Assembly: GCA_030390025.1 (NCBI GenBank)
Contig: CM059452.1
Location: 7,688,001 to 7,752,000, forward strand
Direction of reading: 5' to 3'
DNA length: 64,000 nt
DNA from: Squalus acanthias
Taxonomy: Eukaryota
In this document: positions 49,690-61,238 of the stretch, one piece after another
Position numbering within the stretch: position 1 is the first letter of the stretch
Layout of the letters: every line of letters starts with the position of its first letter
Notes under the pieces: model-generated
What the model was told of the DNA's origin: nothing
Database searches by the model: none
What the model saw: only the letters and a program-made list of their open reading frames with translations
Position numbers and translations under genes: made by a program

Positions 49690-50451
49690 GGCCCAGAAAT
49701 TGGAGTTCGATGGTTGCCGCGGGGGTAAGGATCCCCCGCGATATCGCACTCAGCGCCTACCTTTATGGTTTTGGCCCACACGAACTTCAGTTCCTGGGCC
49801 TCTCCCTGGTGCCGGCGCGCAGTGTGTCCGTGTCCCAGAGGCGCAGTTAATTCGATGCGACCTCTGGGATCACGTGGGCCAGTTAGAGCCAATGGCAGCA
49901 CACCATCTTTCATTCATAGTTTTGACTGCAAGTGCTGTCAAAACCATGAATACAACAAGCCCCCAAAAGAACAGCTAAACCTCAATTAAATTTTAATAAA
50001 GCCATCACATTAATAAAATAACTATAGTTAAATAAATTAACCACTTTAAACAAAAATTTAAATTTTTGAAAAAATTTAAATTCTTTTTAAAAGTTATAAA
50101 AATAAACTTACCTTTCTTTAAAGTCTCTAAAAAAGATAAACCTGTTGAAATTTTTTTAAATAATACTTAATTAACTACTTACCTTGTTAAAAGGGGGTCT
50201 TACGCCTGCTTTCTTTATGTGTAAAATCTTCACCACTTACCTGCGCGTTCAAACCTGAAAAAAAACTAAGTGCGCTGCGTGCGCACAACTTGTAGTGCGC
50301 ACGCGGTTCACTTAGGAACCGCCCCCTTCGCAATACCCGAAGTGCCGGTTTCCCGCGTATATGCAGTGCATGCAGGAAACCGGCACTTCGGGACCTAATA
50401 CGCGAGAGTACACAATGCGTACTCTCCCGCATTAGGTCTAATTTTCGGGCC
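49690..50451. mobile_element. Non-autonomous DNA transposon (PIF/Harbinger-like)
   Basis: Imperfect TIRs GGCCCAGAAATTGG ... CTAATTTTCGGGCC with 3-bp TSD AAT (49687-49689, 50452-50454); AT-rich core. Confidence 0.7.
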
Positions 50452-50500
50452 AATGTTGTTCTAGTATCAGAGCGGGAGACTCCCATCTAAACCAGACACC

Positions 50501-50850
50501 ATGTGCTCCCCATGTTTCTGCTGGTCCTGTTGCCCGGTGAGTCTATGTTTAAAGGATCGTATGTATTGCATGGGTTATATTTACTCCCAGACGTTGGACA
50601 CATTTTGTACTTTGTTTTTTGTTACAACAGCGAAGCCTCATTGTCCCAGGATCTAACCTGAATTAACGGTTCTAGAAGGACAGACCTTAATACTGAACTC
50701 CAGTTACTCCACATAGATTTCCCTAGCTCTTCTGCTACAACCAGTATCCCGGGGAAGATCAGAAATATTTAGTGAGGAGATACAGCTCGGGGCAAGGAGA
50801 CAAGTCTCCAGATTTCCCAGGACCGCTTCTCCGCTGATTTGGGCAACGAC
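50501..50850 (+). pseudogene. Decayed, 3'-truncated V pseudogene (MCSP/QDPPEL family)
   Basis: Shortened leader ATGTGCTCCCCATGT...CCCG|gtgagt; exon remnants SQD..ELTV.EGQT, YSSG.GDKSPDF, DRFSAD with stops/frameshifts; no RSS. Confidence 0.82.
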
Positions 50851-51011
50851 ACAGACACGAATACAAATCGCTGATATAGAAACCTGACGGTCTTTCGTCT
50901 CCGTGGTTTAGGATCAAATTAGAGATAGATAACAGCACAAAATAATTCTTAATGGAGCTGAAATTCTCGCTGAGATTTTTGTACGGGGCCTAGCTTTTAT
51001 CTGACGCTGTG

Positions 51012-51508
51012 CCTCACTGCACAGTAATAGACCGCCCCGTCCTCCACACTCAGGCCGCTTATATTGAGGTAACCGTACTTTCCGGTCTTGTCAACAGCCG
51101 CCAGATATTGTCCTGATGTTTCCTCTCCCTTCAGTGCTACTACTTTGCTAATTATCCAGCTTGGAGGCTGTGCCGGTTTCTGCCGATACCATTGCATGTA
51201 GTCAATATCCGGGCTTTTATATTCACAATCTAACTGCAGGGAACCCCCTGTTGACACGACAATTTTCACCGGAGACTGAGTTACTGGATCTGCACACAGT
51301 CCGCCTGTGAAGATAGGGGAACAGAAGAGCAGAAGATTAAATCGAAACTTGTTTGAGAGTGTGTAACCCTCCATCTACACAGCTGTCCATCATGTGGATA
51401 TGTTTGATCGGTAATTGCACTAAATCCCTGCACAATCTCTTTGCATCAATCTTTCAAAATAATCCAATACTTACTGTTCAACACAGCCGCCAGTATTATT
51501 AGAAACAT
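51012..51508 (-). CDS. TCR alpha-type V segment, intact; leader 51475-51508, V exon 51012-51304
   Basis: MFLIILAAVLNSGLCA-DPVTQSPVKIVVSTGGSLQLDCEYKSPDIDYMQWYRQKPAQPP...EDGAVYYCAVR; RSS CACAGCG-22bp-ACAAAAATC (50974-51011). Confidence 0.92.
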
Positions 51509-52190
51509 GTCTGATTGAATCTCTCACAGTGACTTGGAATTGAATGAGGCAGAGATTGAGAAGGAGAGCGGTAATCCGGGCTGTTCAGTTCATTGTTCCA
51601 CTCACACACTACAGGGGGCGGCCCCATTGTGACCTCATTCAGGCTTCGATTGTTGTTGGCTTTGGCGTTTATTTCACGTGACTTTCTAATTACCATTCTT
51701 GAGTTTGGCGCCCTCTGCTGGCGCATTGTGTAACATTGGGCTTAGAATGAGGTCATTGAGGGGATTTAGGGCTTTTGGTCATATATAAAAACACGATTGC
51801 CAGCTATTGACTCTCGAAGAGCAAGATTATAGCTGGTCACAGCCGCTCATCATTCCTGATGCGGTGTAATCCCTTAATTACGCTCTCACTCTATTTCTTC
51901 CCAGTTGCTTGCTCAGTAAGCAAGAGTAGTTTGACCACAGGCGTCATGAAGTGACGAACAAAGGAGCTATGAGCTGAGTGGGTGAATTGGAGAACAAAGC
52001 AGCTGTGAGTTGTTTGGAAGAATTGGAGTAAAAAGGAGCTGTGCGCTGCCTGAATCTCACTTGCTGACTCTGTCAGGAATGAACCAATCAGCAGAGACGC
52101 CGGATATCATTCAACACCTTCCCAAGTCTTGACTAAAATGTTTCAGGTTTAACCCGTTCTGTTCAAATCTGTTATGAACTCTCTGCAAAC

Positions 52191-52714
52191 ATGTTAGGAG
52201 TTACTTTTTATTCATTCATCACAGCTGCGGCTCTCTTAACTGGTAAAGTTTTCAAATTACACAATCTTCCCTCTTGTGAGTGCCATAGAGAATCTTCCTT
52301 TTACCTGTATTTTCTCGCTATTTCCTGTATATTCCATCACCTTGATGCTATCAGCTATTAAAAAAATGATAATAAAAGTTTAAAGTTCTGTATTTCTAAA
52401 TTTCTGTAGGTGTTAGTTGTGCGGACTCGGTCTCACAGGGACCGGTGACAGCGATGCAGTTTGAAGGTGACTCGGTGACCATTAATTACAGCTATTCGAT
52501 CACTGCTCCTTCACATTCCTTACAACTGTACCGTTAGAACCGCGACAAAGGGCCCACATTTGCTGATCTATATCCCTTCCTACGGAGATGTTTCCAAAGC
52601 AGAGGGCGCGGGGGCTCGATTTTCTGCATCTCTCGACACTTTGAAAAGTGAGGGGAATTTCACCATCGGCGGCCTGCGGCTGTCTGACGCGGTGCATCAC
52701 TGCGGGCTGAGAGA
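52191..52714 (+). pseudogene. V pseudogene of the Tyr23/Leu41 family; leader 52191-52242, V exon 52410-52714
   Basis: TINYSYS...LQLYR* (TAG), +1 frameshift, 3-nt deletion near the end; RSS CACAGTG-23bp-ACAAACACA. Confidence 0.88.
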
Positions 52715-53502
52715 CACAGTGACAGGAACCAGAAGGGGGCCCGTACAAACACACTGCCGGAACATGACAAGGTGAGCGGGATAGCGGTCAGTGTGGAGAG
52801 AAACGGGGACTGTCAGTACTTCTCACAGGAGAGTGTCTATATAAAAAGAGAGAAATCAGCAACAATCCAATTGACAGTACAGAACAGGAAACATCATGTT
52901 TATTATTCATAAAAATAATCGTGCTGCTAATTTCATAATAGATATTCGATGGGACGGTGCTTCCAAACCCTTTTCATGTAATGGGCACCTCAACTTTCAA
53001 ACTTAGTGAAACAAATATAAAACAGTTCTCATTCCGTGTCAGAATCGCACTCAGACCTGGCGCTCCAGTAGGCAAGAAATGAACTGAACGGAGGGTACAC
53101 ATTCAGTGACGATGTAATAAACCATTGAGGAGTCAAACCCCTTCAGAACAAAGAAGTCTCGGCTGAACTGTGACCCCGCGAGACTCCCATTCCCCAGCTG
53201 GTGCGTAAACTCAGAGAAAACTGTCCAGAAAACAGGCAAAAGAGCAACAGTCAATAGTCTGAAGATGAAGGTGGCAGTGATTCAGGAGAGACAGTTCCCA
53301 GTGAGTAACAGGGAAAACAACGCGGAAACTGCACAGACTGAACCCAACCGACAAATGAGAGACTTAGGGAACAGTTCTCAGGATGGCCGGAACCGCAAAC
53401 AGCACAAAGTGAGCCTTATATCCGGCTTCAGCAGGCGGAGCCTCTGATCTACAAAGCGGCGAGTGTTTCTGTATCAGGGTTTAACTGGTTTCCATCAGTG
53501 TG

Positions 53503-53644
53503 GTCTCAGGGCGCAGTAATAAACTGCAGTGTCGGTCAGCTGCAGCCCCGAGATGGTTAAACTGGTGAATTGATGAAATGTGTTTGGTCCACAATTACCT
53601 GTCAGAAATGCCCCCCACACAGCCCAGATGCTGAGTAGCCGCAT
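53503..53644 (-). pseudogene. Internally deleted V (MRLLSIW family): leader 53599-53644 joined via intron to FR3 end 53503-53571
   Basis: FTSLTISGLQLTDTAVYYCALR; RSS CACACTG-23bp-ACAGAAACA (53464-53502); acceptor and FR1-CDR2 missing relative to the 62.6 kb gene. Confidence 0.88.
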
Positions 53645-53854
53645 TGTCGCTGTCCTCTCTGCAGAAGGGGGGTTGGATATTTGAGGATACCCGTTCTAAT
53701 CCCCGCCCTCAATAATCTGCTGTCGTGTCTCAGGATGCTCTCACCTCACTTCCTGGTGTCCCCAGTGGTGCTGTGAGACCGGTAGGTGGTGAGCTGACTG
53801 CCAGTGAATGGAAACACCCCGAGCTGGGCTACAGTCAGTGTCCTGAAAGAGCAG

Positions 53855-54310
53855 TCCAATTTAGCCCCACACCCCAGCTTCTTCTCCTTAACCCTGCAAA
53901 CTAGTTCTCTTGAAGTACATGTTTAATTGCCTTTTGAAAGTTCCGATCGAATCTGATTCCACAACCCTTTCAGGTAATGCATTCGAGATCTTAACAACCC
54001 TTCTGGTGAAGAAGTGTCTCCTCATTTCCCCTCTAGTTCTTTTGCCAATTATTTTAAATCTGTAACCTCTGGTTACTGACCCACTTCTCAGATGAATCAG
54101 GTTCTCCCGATTTGCTCTCATATTTTTGGACACCTATATTAGGTCTCCCCATGAACTTCTCTGCTCTAAGTAGAAGAATCCCAGCTTCTGCAATCTCTCC
54201 ATAAAACTGAACTCCCTCATCCCTGGCATCATCCAGGTAAACCTCCTCTGTACCCTCTCCAGGGCCTTGACATCCTTCCTAAGCTGTGGTGCCCAGAATT
54301 GTACACAATG
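53855..54310 (-). mobile_element. CR1 LINE 3' fragment
   Basis: HCVQFWAP..RKDV.ALERVQRRFT, TRG..FKI remnants. Confidence 0.88.
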
Positions 54311-54582
54311 GAGAAATGGCAAAAGGGGACTTAAGGCGTCACAGACATAATTTGTGAAGTTCATTTTTATTATAAATATGAGTTTACATCACCAAAAAAT
54401 TCCGCCAGTGGACCTGACCTGTAGTTTTTGAGAGTTGTGTTGTGTTTCTTTTTTAAGAGGATCACTATGGAGGCTGAATGATCGCTGCTGTTTATCGGTG
54501 TGAGAGCGCCCTCTGGTGAGCGATAACTGGAACTCTCAGTGTGGGTTTTTGTACGGGACCGCTCTATCTCTGTAGCAGTGTG

Positions 54583-55014
54583 GGGTTCATGGCACAGAAA
54601 TACACGGCGCTGTCGGAGACAAGAACCGTGGTGATATATAAAGAAACGGTTTTGATTTCTTTGTGCAAAACAGCAGAGAACCTGTCTGGTAAATCTGGAG
54701 ACTGATCTCCCGACCCCGAGCTATATCTCTTCAGTAAATATCTCGGAGCTTCACCGGGATACTGAATGTACCAGAACAGAGTTGAACCAGCTTCCGAATA
54801 ACTGCAGTTCAGTATTACGGTCTGTCCCTCCTGAACCGCTAATTCAGACGGATCCTGGAACACTGATCCTTTGCCACTTGTTCCTGTAACAAAACACAGA
54901 ATGTATCAAAAGTCTGGGAGTGAGGATAACCCTTGGACCACATACTGATCATTTAAACATAGACTCACTGGGCAGCACGACCATTATTATCAGTAAGGAA
55001 CACGGGGAGCCCAT
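54583..55014 (-). CDS. TCR alpha/delta V segment, intact; leader 54969-55014, V exon 54583-54883
   Basis: MGSPCSLLIIMVVLPRTSG-KGSVFQDPSELAVQEGQTVILNCSYSEAGSTLFWYIQYPGEAP...SDSAVYFCAMNP; RSS CACACTG-23bp-ACAAAAACC (54544-54582). Confidence 0.93.
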
Positions 55015-55267
55015 GGTGTCTGGTTTAGATTTAGACAGAAAATAGCAGATCGTTTTAAATATGTTGACCCTTCTGTTCTTATATTAAAGAGTAAACTCGG
55101 ATCAGGGGCAGACCTCACTTATTGGGAGACTGAGGGGCGTTTCCCAGGGACAGGATTGGCTGGTCTCTCAGAACTGACACCAGCTGTGCACCAATCAGTG
55201 TTAGTTGTGGACCAATTACTGATGCCTCCCTACAAATCTATTTCAAGCCTTGCTATGTGAGTATCTA

Positions 55268-55305
<38 letters not shown>

Positions 55306-55962
55306 TCTTCTGCCTCGGTGTCACTCACTGGTGTCATTCTCTTTCCCTTTCTCTCTGTCTGTCTGTCTGTCTCTTTCTCTATTTCGGTGTCACTCACTGT
55401 TTAAATGTGTGTCTCTCTCACTTTCTCTCTCTCTCTCTTTCTCTCTTTCTCTCAGTAAGGTGAAAAGCGAAATATAATCTAAACCAGTCTCGATCACCGG
55501 TATCACTGAGTCCTCTCCACAGCTAATGAGCTCCATTGTTAGTCATAGCCTCAAGACTACGAGGGACATGACAAGTGGATAGCCCTCGGCACCTGTGAGA
55601 TAGCTTTTAAAATGTGATCTTCTGGATCGGTACTACTTCCAGGACTTTTACTTTTAGTGCTTGATCCTGTTATTCATCCCAGAAATCTGAAGGTCTGTGC
55701 TAACACTGGGGTGGAAATATCTGAATTTGACCCTGTGTTAAAATGGATGAGAAATTTCTCTTATCCCAACACTGACAGCACTGACTTTAACTGGAAAAAC
55801 CCGAACGGGTCAGGCTGTATTTTCCTAATCATTTTCTGTACAACCTCTCGTGGAGTCAATCCCTGGTATTTTCCTGACAATCCATCCCATCTCACCCTCC
55901 TTCCCCTATGCCGACCTGTGCCATGTTTTTGTATGAGGTCCAAGGGATCCTTATTCACTGTG

Positions 55963-56446
55963 GGTCTCAGGGCACATTAATACACGGCGCTTTCTGTGAC
56001 CTTCAAGCCTTTCAAGGATAAGTGAAAAGTGCCTTGTGTCCGGTTGGGATTCCCGCTGAAGTGTTCAAAGCTCGGAGCTGTCTCGTTATTCCCATGACTA
56101 TTGGCTCTGAGCAGATACTGAGGGGCTTGGTTGGGGAACTGTCGATACCAGAATAGGTTATAGAATGTAGCTGATCCCGAGACAGAGTAACTGCAGGTTA
56201 TTGCTGAATCTGAACCCTCTTCTGATCCGACACCTTATTCTGACTGGAACACCGAGTCTCCGTTACTCGTCTCTGAAAATTAACAGCGGGCACACAGCGG
56301 GTGAGACGGAGTAACAGAAAGAGAATAATCTCCCGGAGATGGAGATGGGAAATTGTCTGAGCAATTGGCAATGTTGTAGGAATGCTCCAATATCACCCAC
56401 CTGTGATCAGGACAATAATCAGAGTTAGGCAGAGTGTCACTTCCAT
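55963..56446 (-). pseudogene. Full-length V pseudogene with two in-frame TAA stops; leader 56401-56446, V exon 55963-56272
   Basis: MEVTLCLTLIIVLITETSNG-DSVFQSE*GVGSEEGSDSAITCSYSVSGSATFYNLFWYRQFPNQAPQYLL...TESAVY*CALR; RSS CACAGTG-23bp-ACAAAAACA (55924-55962). Not in the ORF track. Confidence 0.9.
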
Positions 56447-56847
56447 GGTTCCAGTCTGAACTCCAGAAACAAGAGACTGTGATCACTGCTTGTACCGGGC
56501 CTGGAACGGGAAGAACTGAAACAGCGCGGTGATCTCATCAGATCGGCTAGGATTTCTTCTCCCCGCCCATTTATATCCCTCGAACCAACCACTTCCTGTA
56601 GTTGGGGATCATATCCTTTAGCAAGTGATCAGAGAGCGCCCTCCTGTGGACAGTACAAGCTTGACGTACTGCATTGGAAACACAGACACAGACATATACA
56701 TACATATCACATACAGATATATACATACACACATACACACTGATATATACACATACAAACACATACACACACGTAAAGAAATATGCATGCACATAGACAC
56801 ACACAGAAACATTGACATACACACTGACTGGTGCACGCAGAGACACA

Positions 56848-57172
56848 TTTTTTGTTCGTTCCAGGATGTGGCCGTCGCTGGCAAGGCCAGCATTTATTGC
56901 CCATCCCTAATTGCCCTTGGGAAGGTGGTGGTGAGCCGCCTTCTTGAACCGCTGCAGTCCTCGTGGTGAACGTACTCCCACAATGCTGTTAGGGAGGGAG
57001 TTCCAGGATTTTGACCCAGTGACGATGAAGGAACGGTGATACATTTCCAAGTCAGGATGGTGTGTGACTTGGAGGGGAACTTGCAGGTTGTGGTGTTACC
57101 ATGCGCCTGCTGCCCTTGTCCTTCTAGGTGGTAGAGGTCGCGGGTTTGGGAGGTGCTGCCGAAGAAGCCTTG
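56848..57172 (-). mobile_element. 3' fragment of the 33.6/63.3 kb LINE family
   Basis: Near-identical to 33640-33960 and 63280-63600. Confidence 0.9.
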
Positions 57173-57174
57173 GT

Positions 57175-57855
57175 CAGTATACGCACACACATACACATAC
57201 ACAGACATAAGCGCACACAGACATATACACACAGATTCACAAACACAGAATCACACACACAGACATAAACACAGACATATACACACACACAGACATATAC
57301 ACACAGAGACACAAACACAGAATCACACACACAGACATAAACACAGAATCACACACACAGACATAAACACAGACATACACACACACACAGACCTATACAC
57401 ACAGAGACACAAACACAGAATCATACACACAGACATAAACACAGACATATACACACATACAGACATACACACAGAGACACAAACACAGAATCATACACAC
57501 AGACATATACACACAGAGACACAAACAGAGAATCATACACACGGACATAAACACAAACATATATACACACACAGACATATACACACAGAGACACAAACAC
57601 AGAATCATACACACAGACATAAACACAGACATATACACACATACAGAAATTCACACAGAGACACAAACACAAAATCATACACACAGACATAAACACAGAC
57701 ATATACACACAGAGACACAAACAGAGAATCATACACACAGACATAAACAGAAACATATATACACACACAGAGATATACACACAGAGACACAAACACAGAA
57801 TCATACATACAGACATAAACACAGACATAAGCACAGACACAGATATATACATGCA
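57175..57855. repeat. CA-rich compound minisatellite
   Basis: Recurring ACACAGAGACACAAACACAGAATCATACACACAGACATA units. Confidence 0.9.
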
Positions 57856-58526
57856 TCCACGTGTCAAAGTGATCCCAGATACACAAAATGGTTAAATGCT
57901 TGGAGGTCATTGATGTATATTCAGCTGAAAGTTTTTTCAGACGAATGACCTTGAACAAGTGATCAGAAAGCCCCCTCCTGTGTCCACTGCAAGCCTGACA
58001 TAGAGCATTGGACACAAACAGAGAGACGCAGACCGACATGCTCAGATAAACACATACAAATACAGACAAAACGTTCGAGAGTAAACTGTCGTTAATTGGA
58101 ATTCCGAGTTAGTGACATTGAGACAACATCGTGTTTGGTTTTATTTATCTAATGGAACATTTTCCAACAACAAGAAAACCTTAAAATCGATTCCTCATTA
58201 ACCGTGAGCATCGGTTTCAAAACACCGGTAATGGTCAGGCAGAATCCTCATCTATCCCTGGGATCAGATGATCAGATGTGCGGGACAAAGCAGAACAGCT
58301 CACGGAGCCTGTGTGCCGGGGCCGCGGGCAGTGATGATGAACACAGACAGCGACAATGATCACCGGCAGCTCATTGAAACCAGGCTCTTGGTTTGATTCA
58401 GGAAATGACGGGGACTCCGTGTGCTGACAGAAACATTTCAAATTCTCCGCTTCAGTCCGAGAGCTGCAACTGAGAGGAGGCACCGGGTGAAGTGCGGGAT
58501 CCCGGTGTGGGGAGACTGCGGCCATT

Positions 58527-59456
58527 ATGGAGTTTGGGGTTTTGATTGTTTGGGGCCTAACAACGTTGTTATTCGGTTGGTTTATTTATTTATACATCTG
58601 TGTCTGTCTGTCCATTCCACTATTGACACAACTGCATTCTATTCATCTATCTCTAGGTCTGCCCCGTTCTCTCTCTCTGTTAATCCCTCTGTCTCGCTGT
58701 CAATCTCTCTGTCTCGCTCTCTCAGGCCCTCTGTCTGTCTCTCTCTCTTTTTGTCTCTCTCTCTATCTCCCTCCCTCTCTTCTATTCATCGATCTCTAGG
58801 ACTATCCACCTGTCTGTCTAATTATCTGTCTGTCTGCCTGTCTGTCTCGCTCTCTGTCTGTCTGTGTCTCTCTGTCCGTCTGTCTGACTGTCTGTCTATC
58901 TGCCTGCTTTTCTGTCTCTATATCTGTCCCTCTGCTCATCTTTCTGTTTTTCTGTCTGCCTTTATGCCTCTCTGTCTGTCTGTTTGTTTATCAACTTGTC
59001 TATCTATCTTTATCTAGCCATTAAACCGATGCTATCTCTTTCTGTCTCTTTGTCTCCCTGTGTATACAGAGAGAGATGGAGAGATATATTCTTAAAGAAT
59101 GAGAAATATGTGATCTGTGCTTCTCTCTGTTTCCACGGGTAACCAGGAATGTTTTTGGCAGGACTGTGTTATGGAGACTCCGTCGATCAGTGGCCAACAG
59201 AAGCCCAATATCTGGAAGGAACGACGATGAGCATTAATTGTAACTATTCAACGTCAGAAGTGAGCTATTCCCTGCAGCTTTATCGTCAGAGCCAGAACAA
59301 GGCTCCGACTTTCGTAATTCAGGCACATTCCTTTGGAAAGCACGAAATTAACGGTCGTTTCTCTGTCATTCTGGAAAAGTCGAAAACTATCGGTGTTTTC
59401 AACTTGACTGAGCTGCAGCTCGCTGACAGCGCCGTGTACTACTGTGCACTGAGGCC
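58527..59456 (+). CDS. TCR alpha/delta V segment, open frame, Trp41->Leu; leader 58527-58575, V exon 59162-59456
   Basis: MEFGVLIVWGLTTLLFGLCYG-DSVDQWPTEAQYLEGTTMSINCNYSTSEVSYSLQLYRQSQNKAP...DSAVYYCALRP; RSS CACAGTG-23bp-ACACAAACC (59457-59495). Confidence 0.9.
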
Positions 59457-60196
59457 CACAGTGAGAAGGGCCTCTGGACACCTCGTACACAAACCGTGTT
59501 CTGTGAGATCAGCTCAAAGGAGATACTTTAAACCCGGCCACCAGGTGGCGCTGACAGAGCGCGGATTCACAGCGCCCGTCATGTTACATGAATCAATGCT
59601 GACAGACACTTTCTCAATATAACTTAACGTGAAATTGCTTTTGATCTCACATTTATGCATATTAATACTTTACATTAATTTACAGTTTCATAATTTCAGA
59701 ACTTAGTTAAGTGGAAACGAGATGTGCATCTCCAGAACATTCGGATTACTTGCCATTTTGTTCTATTTCTCACCGCTAGAAAACCTGGTTTTAACTCACT
59801 TCACTGTTGAATATTGTGACAACTATTGAAGAATATAATAATTCTGCTATTCCTATCGCGAGCCTGCTTGCCCCGAATTTGTAACGAATGCGAAAGTGAC
59901 AAAGCCCTTATCGAGATGCAGAGTGATATCATATGCGAAGCGGACATTATTATTGAATTCAGTTCCTCACAGGTCGCTCCCACGTGTGACAACACCGCCC
60001 GCGGCAGCCCCACCCACTGCTTCCGTTTGCTGCTCTCGCTCTGACCCGCCTTGCCTGCCCTGTGTTATTGGAGAGATTGCTGCCGCTGTTCCCTGTTTGG
60101 TATTGGTTGGATCAGCAGTGCAGTGGAGAGGGAATCTGTAATTCTGCTCCGACAGAGGATTTCCCGGTCAGCAGAGTTACACACTCAGGGAACATC

Positions 60197-60658
60197 ATGC
60201 GGAACCGTCTACTACCGCTCCTCATCGTTATATCACTTCTCAGCAAGTATTTCCTTCCCAGTAAAATCCATTCTGACTGCTGTAACCCAGATGTTATTAT
60301 TGGTGAAATGATGATGATGACGATGATGATGTATATTACTATGATTTTATGTTAGAATGGAGACACCAAGACATAATGGAACAGCCGATCCCTGAAATGA
60401 CGGTTGAAGATGAAAGTAATGTCACCCTAACCTGCACCTTGAAAACATTCACTACTAACCTTTATGTGTTCTGGTATAGTCAGCGCCCCGCGCAGACCCC
60501 AAAGTAAGTGGTTTATATTAGTGCAGGGATAGTAAACTGGAACCCCGACTTCACTGACCCATTCTCTTCTACTTTTAACAAAACTACCAAGATTACCAAG
60601 CTAACGATCGGCAACGCCCTGATCTGCGACACCGCCGTGTATTTCTGTACCATGACCC
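60197..60658 (+). pseudogene. V pseudogene (WSHQDTVEQP family), single in-frame stop; leader 60197-60242, V exon 60356-60658
   Basis: GC donor; ...NVTLTC...VFWYSQRPAQTPK*VVY...DTAVYFCTMT; RSS CACACTG-24bp-ACAAAACCC (60659-60698). Confidence 0.88.
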
Positions 60659-61126
60659 CACACTGCTGCAGAGATATAGCGGATCCCGTACAAAACCCCA
60701 CACTGAGAGTTCCAGTTAGTCATCACCAGAGGGCGCTCTCACACCGATAACCAGAAGCGATCATTCAGCCTCCACAGTGAGAGTCACAGAGAGATTCTAA
60801 AAAGGCCAATGGAACACAACGCACAAGAACCGGTGACGTCCACCGGCGGAATTATATTACTTGGTGATTTTAACTCGCATTTATAATGAAAATACATTGC
60901 GCAAAAGCATCTGCGGCGCCTTTTGTCTTTTAGCCCTTTCCGTGCCTTCCTGTCCCTTCTCGTCCCCTGTCTCCACTTTTTACCTACAATCGTATGAACT
61001 TTCTTCGTCCAGTGTTTAGTTTAACGATGTAAAACCTTTGCTTCTGCTCGACATATGAATTCAGAACCGCTCCAACCCAGCTTCCCAAAAGCAGGAACTG
61101 CAGACAGGGCAGTCAATAAACTCAGT

Positions 61127-61238
61127 GGCCTGGAGATTCGTCTCGCCCCATGGAACTGAATATCAGGCGTTGCGCGTAACCGGCGGCCGATCCGATAGCG
61201 TCCGACTTGAGCCACCGTCCGAGACGAATTTTTGGGCC
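61127..61238. mobile_element. Small MITE-like insertion
   Basis: TIRs GGCCTGGAGATTCGTCTCG / CGAGACGAATTTTTGGGCC; absent from the inverted paralog at ~14090. Confidence 0.7.
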
